This document shows positions 1 through 12,900 of a stretch of DNA of 64,000 bases, piece by piece. The notes under the pieces were generated by a model. It was not told where the DNA came from and ran no database searches. It saw nothing but the letters and a program-made list of their open reading frames with translations. Positions within the stretch are counted from its first letter, which is position 1. The number at the start of each line of letters is the position of its first letter. The translations under genes and the position numbers were made by a program. The stretch comes from Octopus vulgaris (Eukaryota), in NCBI GenBank assembly GCA_951406725.2, contig OX597817.1, positions 90,954,001 to 91,018,000 of the forward strand. The letters run 5' to 3'.

Positions 1-162
1 AGTGTGTATGTATCTACACACGTTTATTACATGCTTCCGCACAGAATAGGTATGTGCATCTATGTGTGAACGATTTAGATATGCATGAGTGAATCCGAGT
101 ATGTAAATATACATGTATATGTATGTGTGTGGAGCATGTAATCGTACATACACACAAATAAT

Positions 163-210
<48 letters not shown>

Positions 211-348
211 AAAACGAAGAGGGAGAAGGTATAGAGACAGATACGAACAATAATAAAAAGAGAGGGGGAGGGAGAAATAGAATATTGGTGAGAGAAAGAG
301 ATGGACGTGGTAGGTGATTAAAAAGTGGAATAAATGTTTTGGTCTTAC

Positions 349-560
349 CGTTTGTCCATGGAGGCTACCCATCCGGACACCATAGTTTTGATGAGTCGGC
401 GCTGTGAGTTTAAAGGATTGTGATGGGAGCTCTTGGTAATTATGGCAGTGGCTGGCACCGGCACTGGTGCTAGACCAGTGGAGGATAAACTGGATTTATT
501 AACATTACCATGCATGTCATCCCTGGAAACAACGATCCACTTGGTCGCAACCGTTCGTTT
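349..560 (-). CDS. Candidate internal coding exon of an unidentified host gene (KRTVATKWIVVSRDDMHGNVNKSSLSSTGLAPVPVPATAIITKSSHHNPLNSQRRLIKTMVSGWVASMDK)
   Basis: Unique-sequence island among microsatellites. On the minus strand: pyrimidine tract plus TTAACAG acceptor (561 upward) and CG|GTAAGA donor (348 downward). 212 bp, only one frame open end to end. Confidence 0.55.
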
Positions 561-1229
561 CTGTTAACAAACCGGAGGGGGGAAGACGGTGAGGAAGAGA
601 GGAGAAAGAGAGAAAGATACACAAACAGAGAGAGGGGGAAGATAGAGAGAAGAAAAAACAGCAACAACAATCGTTGTACGTTGAATGTAGAAATACCCTC
701 TTCTAGTTTGAATGTCTTTATGTAGTGGATATATATATGTATGTATGTAGTGTTATGTATGTGTGTTATCTAAATACGTTTCATATATTACACTATATTT
801 TTTATATACTGTAATATATACATACATGTGTTTGCGTGTGTGTGATTTCCTAAACGTGTGAATATGTGTTTGTTTACATGTATGTATGTGTTTGTAAGTA
901 TGTATGTATGTATGTGTGTGTGTGTTTGTATGCGTGTACGTATGTGTGAGGGTCAGTTTATATATATACATATGCAGACGACAGCGTGGTAAAATCCTAA
1001 GGGTTCCTTGAGCACCAAGCGGTAAAACATTTCCAAGCGTAATCACACAGATGATAAATAGCGGCCACTATGACGACGACAGTGGCGGCGGGTGTGATGA
1101 TGATGATGATGATGATGACGACGACGATGAGGGGGAGAAGTAACAGAAAGTGGAAGAAAAGACGATAAAAAAAAGCAGAAAAAGAGAACGAAGAGAGGAA
1201 ATTTAGTTACACTAAATACTAGCATTGGA

Positions 1230-1342
1230 GTAGTGATATATGTATATAATATGTATGTCTATTGGTATCAGTGTGGATGCATATATGCGTGTGTATGTAT
1301 ATGTATGCTTATGTGCGTGCATTTATATATATATATATATAT

Positions 1343-1373
<31 letters not shown>

Positions 1374-1424
1374 GTATATATATATATAAATATATATATA
1401 TGTATGTATATATATATATATATG

Positions 1425-1481
<57 letters not shown>

Positions 1482-1514
1482 GTATGTATATATATATATA
1501 TGTATGTATGTATA

Positions 1515-1547
<33 letters not shown>

Positions 1548-1708
1548 CTGTATTTATATGTATGTATGTATGCGTATCTATGTATATACATATATACATG
1601 TGAACATGTATATGTGTACGAGTGTGTATGTAGTGATACTTATTAAAATACAAGGGGTAGGACAGATCACAGATTATATATATATATATATATAGGGAGA
1701 GAGAGAAA

Positions 1709-1748
<40 letters not shown>

Positions 1749-1985
1749 CAAATACACACACACATATGTATACATGCATGTGTACATGTATGTGTATGTA
1801 GTAATATGTGTGTTAAAATACAGGTTAAAGGAAAAGATTATATGTATATTAAATGTGTGCGTGTACGTATACACATGTGTATTAATGTATATATATATAT
1901 ATATATATACAAATACACACATATATATACATACATACGTACATATATATACACACATACACACACACACATACATATCCATGTA
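1230..1985. repeat. Compound (AT)n/(ATGT)n/(AG)n microsatellite block
   Basis: Directly visible. It produces the spurious YI/CV-rich ORFs. Similar blocks occur near 18.5k, 19.7-20.0k, 29.8-30.1k, 35.6-36.0k, 49.7k, 50.5k, 53.6-53.9k and 62.7-63.1k. Confidence 0.95.
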
Positions 1986-2285
1986 GAAAACAAATCATCT
2001 TACCTACCCTAATTGTTGTGATGATCTTCTGGTGGTGTAGTGGTTTAGCAATAGTTGTGGTGGTGGTGGTGACATTAATGGTATTATTGTGGTTGCCGTT
2101 GTTTAATCCCAATCAACTCTAAACGAGTTAACCTTTCGTCAAAGAGAATCCATCCATGACCATCAAGTCTTCATACTCACACTCACACGCGCGCACGCAC
2201 AGGTCCACGTTATCCAATGTATGTTCTTTAGACAGCAGGGTGTGATTTAGCTGTTGTTTCTAGCATGTCGAACAATTACACAGAG

Positions 2286-2434
2286 CAGGCATGAGCAACC
2301 TATTTCGAGAAACGGGCCGCATGAGACAGCTTTTCATTAGTCGAGTCGCACAACTAAAAAAAAAAAAATTCAAGGAAATTTTTTGTTCGGCATGTCTTCA
2401 GAAAGTCCCACGGGCCGCAATTTGCCCAGGACTG
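2286..2434. mobile_element. Short hAT/Charlie-like MITE
   Basis: Imperfect TIRs CAGGCATGAGCAA...TTGCCCAGGACTG with subterminal GGGCCGCA motifs. No clear TSD. Confidence 0.5.
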
Positions 2435-3084
2435 ACATGGAAGGCTTTTTGTTTGTTTGTAAGTGTTGCTGTTTAGCCTCAAATCAGACGTATGATCAAA
2501 GGCGTTGCAGGCATGACCAACCCATGGTCTTCAAACTTGTTTTCGACTTTTTTAAAACTGGAGGGCGTGATATTAAAGAGATGCAGCTGTGGTTTCTAGC
2601 ATGTCAAGCGACCACGTCATTGTTAGTTAGCTCTGGCTCAACTATAAACAAACAGTCCTATGATGAAAAGCTGTCCAAAACAGGACAATTTCGGCTTTAG
2701 TGCCCTAAGGATTGCAAGCTGCTATTTCTGGCAGACCGAATGATAACAGAAGATCCGTCGTCATTGCTGTTTAGTTTCAGGTCAACGATGATTGAAGTTT
2801 GGCTGTTATCTTCAGAAGTTCGTGCAACCATCTGTTATTATTGACAGAAGAATGAGGCACTTATCTTCCGATGAGGGAACAATGAATCCTGCAACATGTT
2901 ACAACACTTCCCAATATATATATATATAATATTTCTGTATACGAAGAGAATAACAATGTATTCACATCTCTTTTATATTCCATAATGAATTTTCCTTGCA
3001 TTTTTGTAATATACACGACCACGTGTATATTACAAAATGCAAGAAAAGCAAACCATAGGGTCATGAACCATAGGGTCATGAGGT

Positions 3085-3263
3085 CGGTGTCCTGAGTTCC
3101 GTAGCATATAAATCGCCTTTCTTTGGACGTGAAACCGGGTCATCGTAGGATTAACTCATTTTGAATGGTCTGGAGCAACGTGAAATAAAGAATTTTGCTC
3201 AAGAACACAACGCATCACCCGGTCCAGTAATGGAAACCACAATCTGACGATCAAGAGTCACAA
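3085..3263 (-). mobile_element. tRNA-derived SINE fragment
   Basis: GGAGCAACGTGAAATAAAG..TTGCTCAAGAACACAACGC matches the reverse complement of the SINE at 46225-46543. Confidence 0.6.
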
Positions 3264-3304
3264 GTTACAAGTATGTGCCTCTATGCATAAATATTTAGTT
3301 TTAT

Positions 3305-3335
<31 letters not shown>

Positions 3336-3461
3336 TGCTGACTCGCGATACAAATAACTTGGTAGAATTCAATATACGTATGTTCCTGAACGAAGTGCTA
3401 GTCGAGTACAGAGCAGTAATAAGAAAATGAAGTGACAAAGAAATAAACGAATATCTTTTGA

Positions 3462-3549
<88 letters not shown>

Positions 3550-3550
3550 C

Positions 3551-5490
3551 ATGATGATGATGGCCGTCCACTCGTGACCGAGGAAGACCATTGCCGACCT
3601 TCAGGAACATTGTGCGCTCTAGGACTAACTTATGTTTTGCATTTGCGGCTCCGTTGGTGGCTAATGAGCCCTGCTCTTGACAAGCATACACGACTGCAAA
3701 CATTGCAGACCAAGCTTTCCCCATTCACTATACGAGCCGTGCGCTTTCGCGCAGCTCGCTTAAGTTCTTCATGCTGGATACGTGCTCTCTCAAAAGTGTC
3801 GATCCCCTCCTTAACCTGCTTCCTCCATCTGTGGCGATGACAGGCATTGTTCTACCAGTCAGTGTCCTGTATATCAAAAGCCTTTAACGAGGACTTGACA
3901 CAGTCCTTAAATTGTAGCCTTGGTTTCTGCCGGAGTCTCCTTCCATTCACAAGTTCTCCATAGAATCCTTCTATCCTCCATTCTAATAAGGTGTCCAGTC
4001 CAACGCAACCGGTGCTTGTGTACCATCGCCTCAATACTCAAGATATCAGCTGTCCTCAGGATCTGTGTGTCTGGAATTTTTGAGGTCCAGCCAACATTGA
4101 GAATGTGTCTGAGACATCTCTGATGAAAACGTTCAAGGACCCTTACTTGACGTTTGTACAGAGTCCATGTCTCACATGAGTAGAGAAGCGATGTCAGTAC
4201 ACAAGCACGGTACACAGCAACTTTTGTTCTCCTTGCGATGCCATATTGGGACCAGACACGAGACTGAAGAGACCGGAAGGAATTAGTTGCTCTCTGCAAT
4301 CTGAAAGATATTTCCTCATCCAGAGAGCAAGAACGGCTGAGTGTGCTGCCCAGGTAGACAAACTTGTCTACTACCTTCAAATAAGATAGCTGGTTCTATA
4401 TATGGATTTCCTGGTGCAGGCTGGAACATTAGAACAGTCTTGACCAGGCTAATGCTGAGTCCAAATGCCCTGCAAGAAGCAGAAATGCAATTCATGAGTA
4501 TTTGCATGTCATCCACTGTATGAGTGACTAAGTCACAGTCATCTGCATAAAGGAGGTCACGAATAATAGACTGGCAGCAAATCGGCGAAGATTAAAGAGG
4601 CGGCCAGAAGATCGATATCTGACATATATTCCCAGAGAGCTAACCTTAGCAAAAGCATGAGTAAAAGCAGCAGCAAAGTACAAAGAAAAGAGAGTTGGGG
4701 CAAGGATGTCACCCTGCTTGACACCATTCTCTACAGGAATGGGTCCCGCCATGGCACCACCAACATTGACCCAAGCCTCCATCCCATCATGAAATGATTT
4801 AATTATAGATACAAAAAGATCCGGACATCCAAGTTTGCCAAGTATGTTCCATAGAAAGGCCCTATTTACAGTATCAAAGGCCTTAGTTAAATCAATGAAT
4901 AGCTGGACAAGATCCATATTCTGCTCATAGCACTTCTCCTGCATCTGTCTTGCTGTGAAAATCATATCCATTGTCCCTCTACCAGATCGGAAGCCACATT
5001 GAGATTCAGATAGGACATCATTTACGAGACACCCATTCAGACGGGTAAGAAGAATATTTGCCAGAACCTTGCCAGCAGAGCAATACCTCTGTAGTTACCA
5101 CACATTGTTCTGACTCCTTTTCCTTTATATAGAGGAAGAATAATTGCATCCTTCCAGTCCTTAGGGATTGCACCATCCCTCCAGACTGCACTAATAAGTT
5201 CATTTACCACCAAATTGCAAAACCTCGGCACAAATTCCATCCTTTCCAGGTGCCCTACCAAGATTCAATTTACTTATTGATGTCATTACTTCATGTATTG
5301 ATGGCGAGGAGTCTAAGGAGTCAATGATAGGTCTTTGTTTCATAGTATCAATCACTGTTTCATCCACAACTGACTCATGGTTTAGGAGTTCAGAGAAGTG
5401 TTCGATCCAGCGACTTGTGATTTCTGTTGATTTAGTAAACAGAGTGGAAGACTCCTTGAAAAGCAAAGGAGCTGATGTGGAGCTCTTAGG
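3551..5490 (-). mobile_element. 5'-truncated, frameshifted RTE-clade LINE (reverse transcriptase and 3' end)
   Basis: ORFs contain GRAPGKDGI, NYRGIALL, FIDLTKAFDTV, GVKQGDILAPTLF, FVYLGS, LLYSCETW and LRWTGH. (CAT)n tail at about 3551. Confidence 0.93.
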
Positions 5491-5586
5491 TCATACATAC
5501 ATACATACATACATACATATAAGAATATATATATATAAATTTGTGATCTTCATGAACATCATTCATTTTCTGCTCTAGAAACACAC

Positions 5587-6325
5587 ATTAGCGACTGAGT
5601 CAGTATTATTACTGGGATGTAATGTATACCATAGTAAAGGAGGCGAGCTGGCAGAGTCGTTACCATGCCGATAGAGGCGAAACAGAGATCCTTATGTCCA
5701 AAGGCAAAAAACACAGGTTGTAGACTCAGATGTTGACTATGGTGTGCTTTCCAAGAAAGCACACAGAGGATCACCTGTGGTGATATGACTGTCACTTCGA
5801 TAGTACTTTGTACAAATACTGGACGGTATTGCCTTGACGTAAATGTGTTAGCTATAATGAGTTTCCCTCTGCTTCATGTTAACTTTGTTCATTGAGGCCC
5901 ATAAAGCATGGTGTCAAACAGGTTCCTGAAAACTAGAAGAGATTTTAGAATCCCCTTTGGTACTGAAGATATTTGTAACAAAGGAAAAGGAAGTTGAAGA
6001 CTATTAGTGCTTCTACCGTTACAGAGCCTGCTTGTTTGTCGTCTATGTTTTCTGCCTGAGGTGTCAGTCTCTTCAAAACAACTGAATACATTATCCTGCT
6101 TGCGCGGTTGATCTTCCAAATAAACGATAATGCAGTTATAGTTGTGCGTTGTCTTTCTTGGAAAGCACACCATAGTCAACATCTGAGTCTACAACCTGTG
6201 TCTGTTGCCTTTGGACATAAGGATCCCTGTTTAGCCCCTATCGGCATGGTAACGACTCTGCCAGCTCGCCTCCTTAACTATGGTATACATTACTTCCCAG
6301 TAATAATACTGACTCAGCCGCTAAT
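5587..6325. repeat. 173-bp inverted duplication (5587-5759 / 6153-6325) around an old RTE RT relic
   Basis: About 8 mismatches between arms by hand. The minus-strand spacer reads SRIMYSVVLKRLTPQAENIDDKQAG, similar to RTE RT. Confidence 0.85.
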
Positions 6326-6739
6326 AAAAATTTTGAAACTAGTACAGAGAAACAGCAACAATCGCTCACTTAGGTCATCTTGTAAGTCTCGACTGTAAAT
6401 ACAAGAAATAGACTGAACAGGAGAAACAGTGCAAACTGTCTTAACTGTCACCTACAATTTATATCAGTGATTCCCCATGTGAGGCATACGTCCCACCGGC
6501 GGGGCCTAGGAAAATTGTGGTGGGGCGAGGGATACAATTTTTTTCTTTGTTTTGTTTGTAGAATTATGAGAATCTTTCCTTTTCACCGCAAACATACACT
6601 TATATTCACCCTAGCCAAACCAATTCCTCCAGCCAAGCTTACTGTGTGATGACTGTTTGCTACAGTATAGCACTATTCTAATGCCTTGGTGTGGATATTT
6701 CTTTAGGGAAAGTATATAATTATGAAATATTAAAAATAA

Positions 6740-7120
6740 ACATTATTTACATTCGACGGATATTTGTCCTCATCTTGTTTGTTGTTAACACAATGTTTCG
6801 GCTGATATACCCTCGAGCCTTCTTCATGTGTCATGGGGAAATTTCGAGCCTGGGTTCTCATTCCTAAGGTATTCTTCGATGTTATTATTATTATTATCAT
6901 TATTATTATTATAATTGTTGTTGTTATTGTTGTTTTTGTTGTTGTTATTCAGGTCACTGCTTGGAATCGAATAATAATAGTAACTTCGAAGAATACCTTA
7001 GGAATGAGAACCCAGGTTCGAAATTTTCCCAAGACACCCGAAGAAGGCTGGTGGGTATATCAGCCGAAACGTTGTCTTAACAACAAAGATGAGGACAAAT
7101 CCGTCGAATGTAAATAATGT
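6740..7120. mobile_element. Inverted pair of Penelope-like terminal repeats, each with a decayed hammerhead motif
   Basis: Arms 6740-~6890 and ~6972-7120 are reverse complements. Each has nnGAAGA-AGGCT..AGCC-GAAAC. Confidence 0.7.
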
Positions 7121-7282
7121 ACATAATTCCTCATCTCTTAAATACAGAACTGTATTAAAAATAAAGTTGTTTTTTTTTTCAACCACCATCCACTGTTCTA
7201 GAACACCCGGTACATTATTCTGGAAAGTTATAGTGGGGACTGCAGGTTCATTAACTTTTTTATTTTTCCAAGAAATCTTGGT

Positions 7283-7710
7283 GGAGTTTCGGATCAGGAC
7301 ACCCACATAAGTTGGTTTTTCTCCGTTTTGACGGGAATTTTTCTTTTCTTTCTTTCTTTTTTTTTTTTTTTTATTTTTTGGCCACGGCCTTCGAAATGAT
7401 GAGGGCATCTTTTTATGAAAAAATGATTTGTAAATTTATGATTTTTTTACACCCCCCTACCACCACCTTCCGGACCGATTTTGGTCAATTTTTTTTTTTT
7501 TTGCACTACACACTTAAAAACCATCGGTCTGAAGGTGAGTGGCGAGGAGATTGAAGTGAAAAACGAAAATCATAAATTTTCAAAAAATTTTTTTCATGGA
7601 AAGATGCACCCCAACATTTTGAAGGCCGTAGTGAAAAGAAAACTGGGGAAAAAAAAAAACGTCAAAACAAAGAAAATTCAATTTATGTGGGCATCCTGAT
7701 GTGAAACTCC
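7283..7710. mobile_element. Imperfect palindromic (fold-back) MITE
   Basis: Ends GGAGTTTCGGATCAGGACACCCACATAA / TTATGTGGGCATCCTGATGTGAAACTCC. Further inverted blocks inside (ACGGCCTTC/GAAGGCCGT, AAATTTATGATTTT/AAAATCATAAATTT). Confidence 0.75.
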
Positions 7711-8585
7711 GTCGAAACAGCTTTCCTTAATTTTGAACCTGATTGTAATTGAGGTTGCAGATAAAATACCTGGATAATTTTTGGTGTTTAACAATTAGTA
7801 TTCTTTTCTCTGGATTACAAAGTCAATTTTTCCCACACTAATTTATTAATATTTAATTTTCAAAAAATGGTGTCTAAAATGGGATAACGTGAGTAATGAC
7901 GAATTTTAATAATTTCTTTCAATTTAACAGCATGATGCAGGTCGTGAAAAGGTTATAGATAATATTTTATGTTGTGTTTTTAGATTTAGTCGAATTTTTA
8001 AAATTTCATATCATGTGTCATTTTTCCATTAACCTCTTTCAATTTGACCTAAGAACTAAAACCTTTTTGTTGCATTTCTGATCTTTCTTATGTCTAAGGA
8101 TGGATAGTGATGTATATGAGCCTTTTTTCAAATGTAATTCTGGAGAACTGAAGAGGCAAACTTACTTTATCATATCTTACTCATTTTGCCCCATCTAAAT
8201 TTGTCAAACAGAATGGAGATAAATTTCTGAAATAGCGTTCTGAATCTGTTATGGTGTCTTTAATACATTTAGAGAATGCCATTTGCTTAGCTGATACAAT
8301 TTTTGTAAAGTAGCGAACATTTGTAAGTTTTCTTTTCTTTTTTTTTCCCTGAAAGTCAAAACTACAGTAAATGTTACTCATTGTGCCCCACCATCCACCG
8401 TCTGAACACCCAGTAAAATCCGAGTAATCTAAGTATCTGAAATAAAGGGATATGATTTATGCCATAAGGCAGAAGATAAATTTAATGTTTCAGTAAAATT
8501 CTTCGTCGAAGAGGGATGGAATGTCGACAAGATACATTTACTTTGGGATCAAAGGGACTAGGGAGGCCAACTCTCACCCCCACCT

Positions 8586-9062
8586 GACACTGGTAGAATG
8601 TGTCATATAAAACATGTTTTACTCTTAGCATTTTTGAGAAAAACTTATATTTACGAAGTAATTTCACGTTAAAGTAGGCCTGTTTCGGTAATTTCGACCA
8701 ATCAATGACGTGTATTCAGCTGAATAAAATTACTATCGGTGGTATATATTTCGTTTGTCACTGTTATTTATGACATCGTTCGTGCGTTTGTACTGGTTTT
8801 AGGGTTAGGGTTTTAGGGTTGTCATAAATAGCAGTGACAAACGAAAAATACACCGCCGGAAGTTCTTCTTGACAAACAACGGCAGCTGAATACACGTCAT
8901 TGATTGGTTGAAATTACCGAAATAGGCCTACTTTAACGTGAAATTACCTCGTAAATATGATTTTCTCAAAAATGCTAAAAGTAAAACGTTTTATATGACA
9001 CATTCTACCAGTGTCCGAAATTTAAAAGTGTTTAGTTACAAAAAATTATTTTTCTAAATCTG
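8586..9062. mobile_element. Palindromic MITE, copy 1, with TTAGGG-like centre
   Basis: Inverted arms of about 190 bp (8586-8775 / 8820-9015). Homologous to 14203-14694. Left tip missing. Confidence 0.85.
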
Positions 9063-9289
9063 TACGTCATCTTTTGAAATTTTAAAAGTAAATATAGATT
9101 TTCGAATTTGATATATTGATGTAATTTTTCGCGCTGAATGTTGTTATTCATTTGTCCCAGAAAAAAATTTAGAAAAATGTTACAGAGGTTTTAAAGTTTG
9201 ATTGTTTTTAGCTAAATCAGAAAACAGGAGTTGGAAGCTGGCATTTTCTGCGTGATAACTTTTATTAAACAAATTGAAAGCAATATATT

Positions 9290-9688
9290 CTTTTCTACTC
9301 TATGCACAAGGCCCGAAATTTTGGGGGACGGGGCCAGTCGATTAGATCGATTTCAGTACGCCTCTGGAACTTATTTTATCGACCCTGAAAGGATGAAAAG
9401 CAAAGTCGGCCTCGGTGGAATTTGAACTCAGAACGTAAAGACAGACGAAATACCTATTTCTTTACTACCCACAAGGGACTAAACACAGAGGGGACAAACA
9501 AGGACAGACAAACGGATTAAGTCGATTATATCGACCCCAGTGCGCAACTAGTACTTATTTAATCGACCCCGAAAAGATGAAAGGCAAAGTGGACCTCGGC
9601 GGAATTTGAACTCAGAACGTAACGGCAGACGAAATACGGCTACGCATTTCACTCGGTGTGCTAATGTTTCTGCCAGCTCGTCGCCTTG
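9290..9688 (-). mobile_element. Dimeric tRNA-derived SINE with 18-bp TSD
   Basis: Two units share GAGTTCAAATTCC (B box) and the TTTCATC..GGGTCGAT core. AATTGAAAGCAATATATT occurs at 9272-9289 and 9689-9706. Confidence 0.9.
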
Positions 9689-11449
9689 AATTGAAAGCAA
9701 TATATTACGACAACGAAAGTTGTAAGAAGTTTTCGAGTTTAAATAAGTTTAAAATTTAAACTTTAAATGAATAAAGTCATGTAAAACGTTGGAACCGGCA
9801 ATATAAAAAGGAGAAATCCTCAATAAATTTTGTTTTCAAAAGATTAGAAAATAACAAACCGTATGTTTGATTACTGAAACAAAACAAAACAAAACAAAAA
9901 CAATACAAAGAGTACGGTTATAATGCTGCAGTTCACGTAAACAATTAATAGCGAAAACTCAAAAGCAAAATTTTGAGATACACTCGGCTTAGAATTAGGG
10001 TCTAGTGTTAGCGTTTAAGATCAGTCCGACCAGTGCACCACCGCGAATCGAGCTCACGACCTTACGATCGTGTGCTGAATACTCTAACCTTTAAGCCACA
10101 TGCCTTCAAAATACGGAACAATAACTGGACAATAATGATGAACCTAGAGGTAAGTGAATTACATGTCTAAATATGTTACAGTAGCAACTATCCATATTTA
10201 CCTACGGTGCGAGAATGACGAAGGAAAGAAAAAGAGTACTAATATTCTATTGGTTCACATTCGATTTGTGTGTATTATGAATTCTAGTGGAAAGTAAGCA
10301 GATAATTAGTTGGTTTTATGAAATATTACTTTTTAGAAATTGCTATTTTACTTTATCAATTAACCCAGAATTGAATTATTTCTTGATGCCGAAACATTAT
10401 TTTCAGGATTTAAAATAATTCAAGCGGTGAATTGATAAAATAGTATAATATTTCATGTGCAAAAATATACAGAATTTAGAAAAATTACCAATTTGAAGAG
10501 TAACTTGTGAAATTTTCACAGTAACTCTACTGATATGTAATTAAGTGAAAAGGAAGCGGAACGAATATTTTTGGAACTGTCACTGTTTTAATACGTATGA
10601 GTTAAGTAAGTCGGATAAATAAGTAGAAAATTACACACTACTGTTTATACGCCACTGTGTGATAACAGATAAAACCTAGCTCGGAGTAGAAAGTTGGGTG
10701 ATTTGGCTGAAATATAGCTTTTTGTGTTTACAAATTTGGGCACAAATTACACAGTGTAACAATCTTTTTTTTTTTTTTTTTCTCAGTAAATGTTATTTCC
10801 TGTTTGCTTTCATCTAGAAATCAAAGGAAATTACTTATTCCCGTCAAACTTTACTTTTTCAATGTTTTGAAACTGACCTATATAATATTTCAGACAGATT
10901 CAGCACTGAATTGCTGAAGCAGAATTTTCTAGAACTTTCAAGAACTTTCGAGAAGTTTCTAAAGTTTTCAAAGTGTCTCTAGAACGTTCCGGCAACATAG
11001 ATAGCAGTATTAGTACGGGGATCATAAGCCCAACAGTTCAGTTTACATCTATTTCAGGTACATCGTTATAGCAAATATTCTATTCAATACCACAAATTTG
11101 CTTGTCAGTTGCTTGACCTTAACCACTTGAGCATTTCCTTAGTGACTGACAATATTTGCATCTCTGATCATGAGCAGGAGTAGTAAAGGAGCATCATAGC
11201 CATGCGTGGAGAATGATTCTTTAGGCTTTGAATGAATGTAGCAAAAGCAAAGTTTGAAGTAAAAATTAACCATTTTTCATACTTTCTACGGGTAAGCAAA
11301 TAAGAAAGAACAGTTGCTACCAAGGACAAAGATCGTGTTACAGAGTGCTATTTAAGTTGTGTCGATTCACTAGATCCGTATCTAATGACATAATCGCAAA
11401 ACAAATAGAATCGTTTTGTTTGAGCGGTTACTCCGACGTAAGTCATCTG

Positions 11450-12900
11450 TGTTTCTTTCTATAATGAAAGCGATTTCTGACAAGGTATTCACTTTGATGA
11501 TAACCTTTAATAGCGATGTCTCCAACATTTTATGTACCTTGTAATTCGCGCGATCAAAGTGTTAACCAATAAAATACTTCTGTAGAGCTCTCGTGCTGTC
11601 AATTGAAATGTGCCTTCTTCAATCCTCATTTCAATTGTTCTAGGGTACTTTAGTTTTCATGATAATGCAGTTTCTGAGACAAAATGGTGTGTCCTTACTT
11701 TCTACACTATATCATCGCAGAGATTGTCAAATGAATCGCCATTCCTCATCTCTTTTCGAAACTGGTTTAGTAAATTTCCATCCTCTGTCTCTCTATTGAT
11801 GACATTATACCATTAGCTGCTTGCAGCGACTTTGATAAATTGGCTGTATGCAAGTAGAAGAACTGAGATTTAGTTCAAAGAAGAAATTAAGCATTTCTAT
11901 TTATTCTTGGCGTCTAATTATACGACCCCGAACAACTTGCCAAAACACGAGGCTGCAGTCTTATGACTGAAACAAGTAAAAAAAAGACAAAAGATAATTC
12001 GTTAAAAGCAAGAAACGCACTCTGCCCATCTCGATGCATTGGGAATGAATATACCATCAGTTGTCAATATAATTTCATACTCTTCTATATTTTTTTTTCA
12101 TCTCAAGTAATTTTTTCCTCTTTGGTGAATACTTGATTAAAATTACAATCTCTTTACTGTACCTTACCCCGTAAGATAATGTGATGCAGCGCATTGTAAT
12201 TTCGTTCACTCTCAAACCATGAGAATTTTAAATACAGATGAAGTTTTTTCAATCGTTTGGCCATTCCAAACACAAGTTGTTTTTGTCAAAGCATACGCCT
12301 CTTCAATTGCATCAATGTAGTTTCAGTATAGTGAACACGTCTATAATGACGGAAAATTATACCAAAAATTATGTCTAACACAAACATTGGCCATCAGGCT
12401 TTTGTCACTGCAACGAACATATAAAATAAGTTGTCCATTGTTGGATACATCAGTATATTTACCAGAGGTACTTAAAACGAAGTTTGTGTCTACTTCATCA
12501 AAGTATATCTTTCATAACCAAAGCAACCATTATGGAAGTGTGGTTATTTAATATATTGTGGCTCTACCAGTTTTGTTGAGTCACCTCAGAACATCGGAGT
12601 CATCTTTTCCTCACTTTTATTATGGAAAGAAACACTGATGACATTGACAATTTTCGTTAGCTCAACATCCATCCAGTATTTGAAGTTTCACCGAGAGAGA
12701 CCTCTGTTGTTTGGTTGATATTGTAGATCACCAAAAAAAAAAAAAAAAAAAGATAGAAAGCACATACTATCAGAAACTTGTACATTTGTCAACTTTTACT
12801 AAGAATTCCTGTAATACTTGATTCAGGTGAACGAACATTTTTACATTTTTCTCTGACAAAACGACAGAAAACATTGTCTTCTGTCAAGAATGACGCAACA
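11450..12900 (-). mobile_element. Highly decayed hAT-like transposase relic
   Basis: Minus-strand peptides FDRANYKVHKMLETSLLK and PNASRW resemble hAT (ZMYM1-type) motifs. Many stops; boundaries uncertain. Confidence 0.35.

Noticed and set aside
1233-2012. Numerous YI/CV/HT/LS-rich ORFs here and elsewhere
   Set aside because: These are translations of microsatellites.
7696-7725. CTGATGTG...GAAACAGCT
   Set aside because: The core is incorrect and the sequence is part of a MITE terminus.
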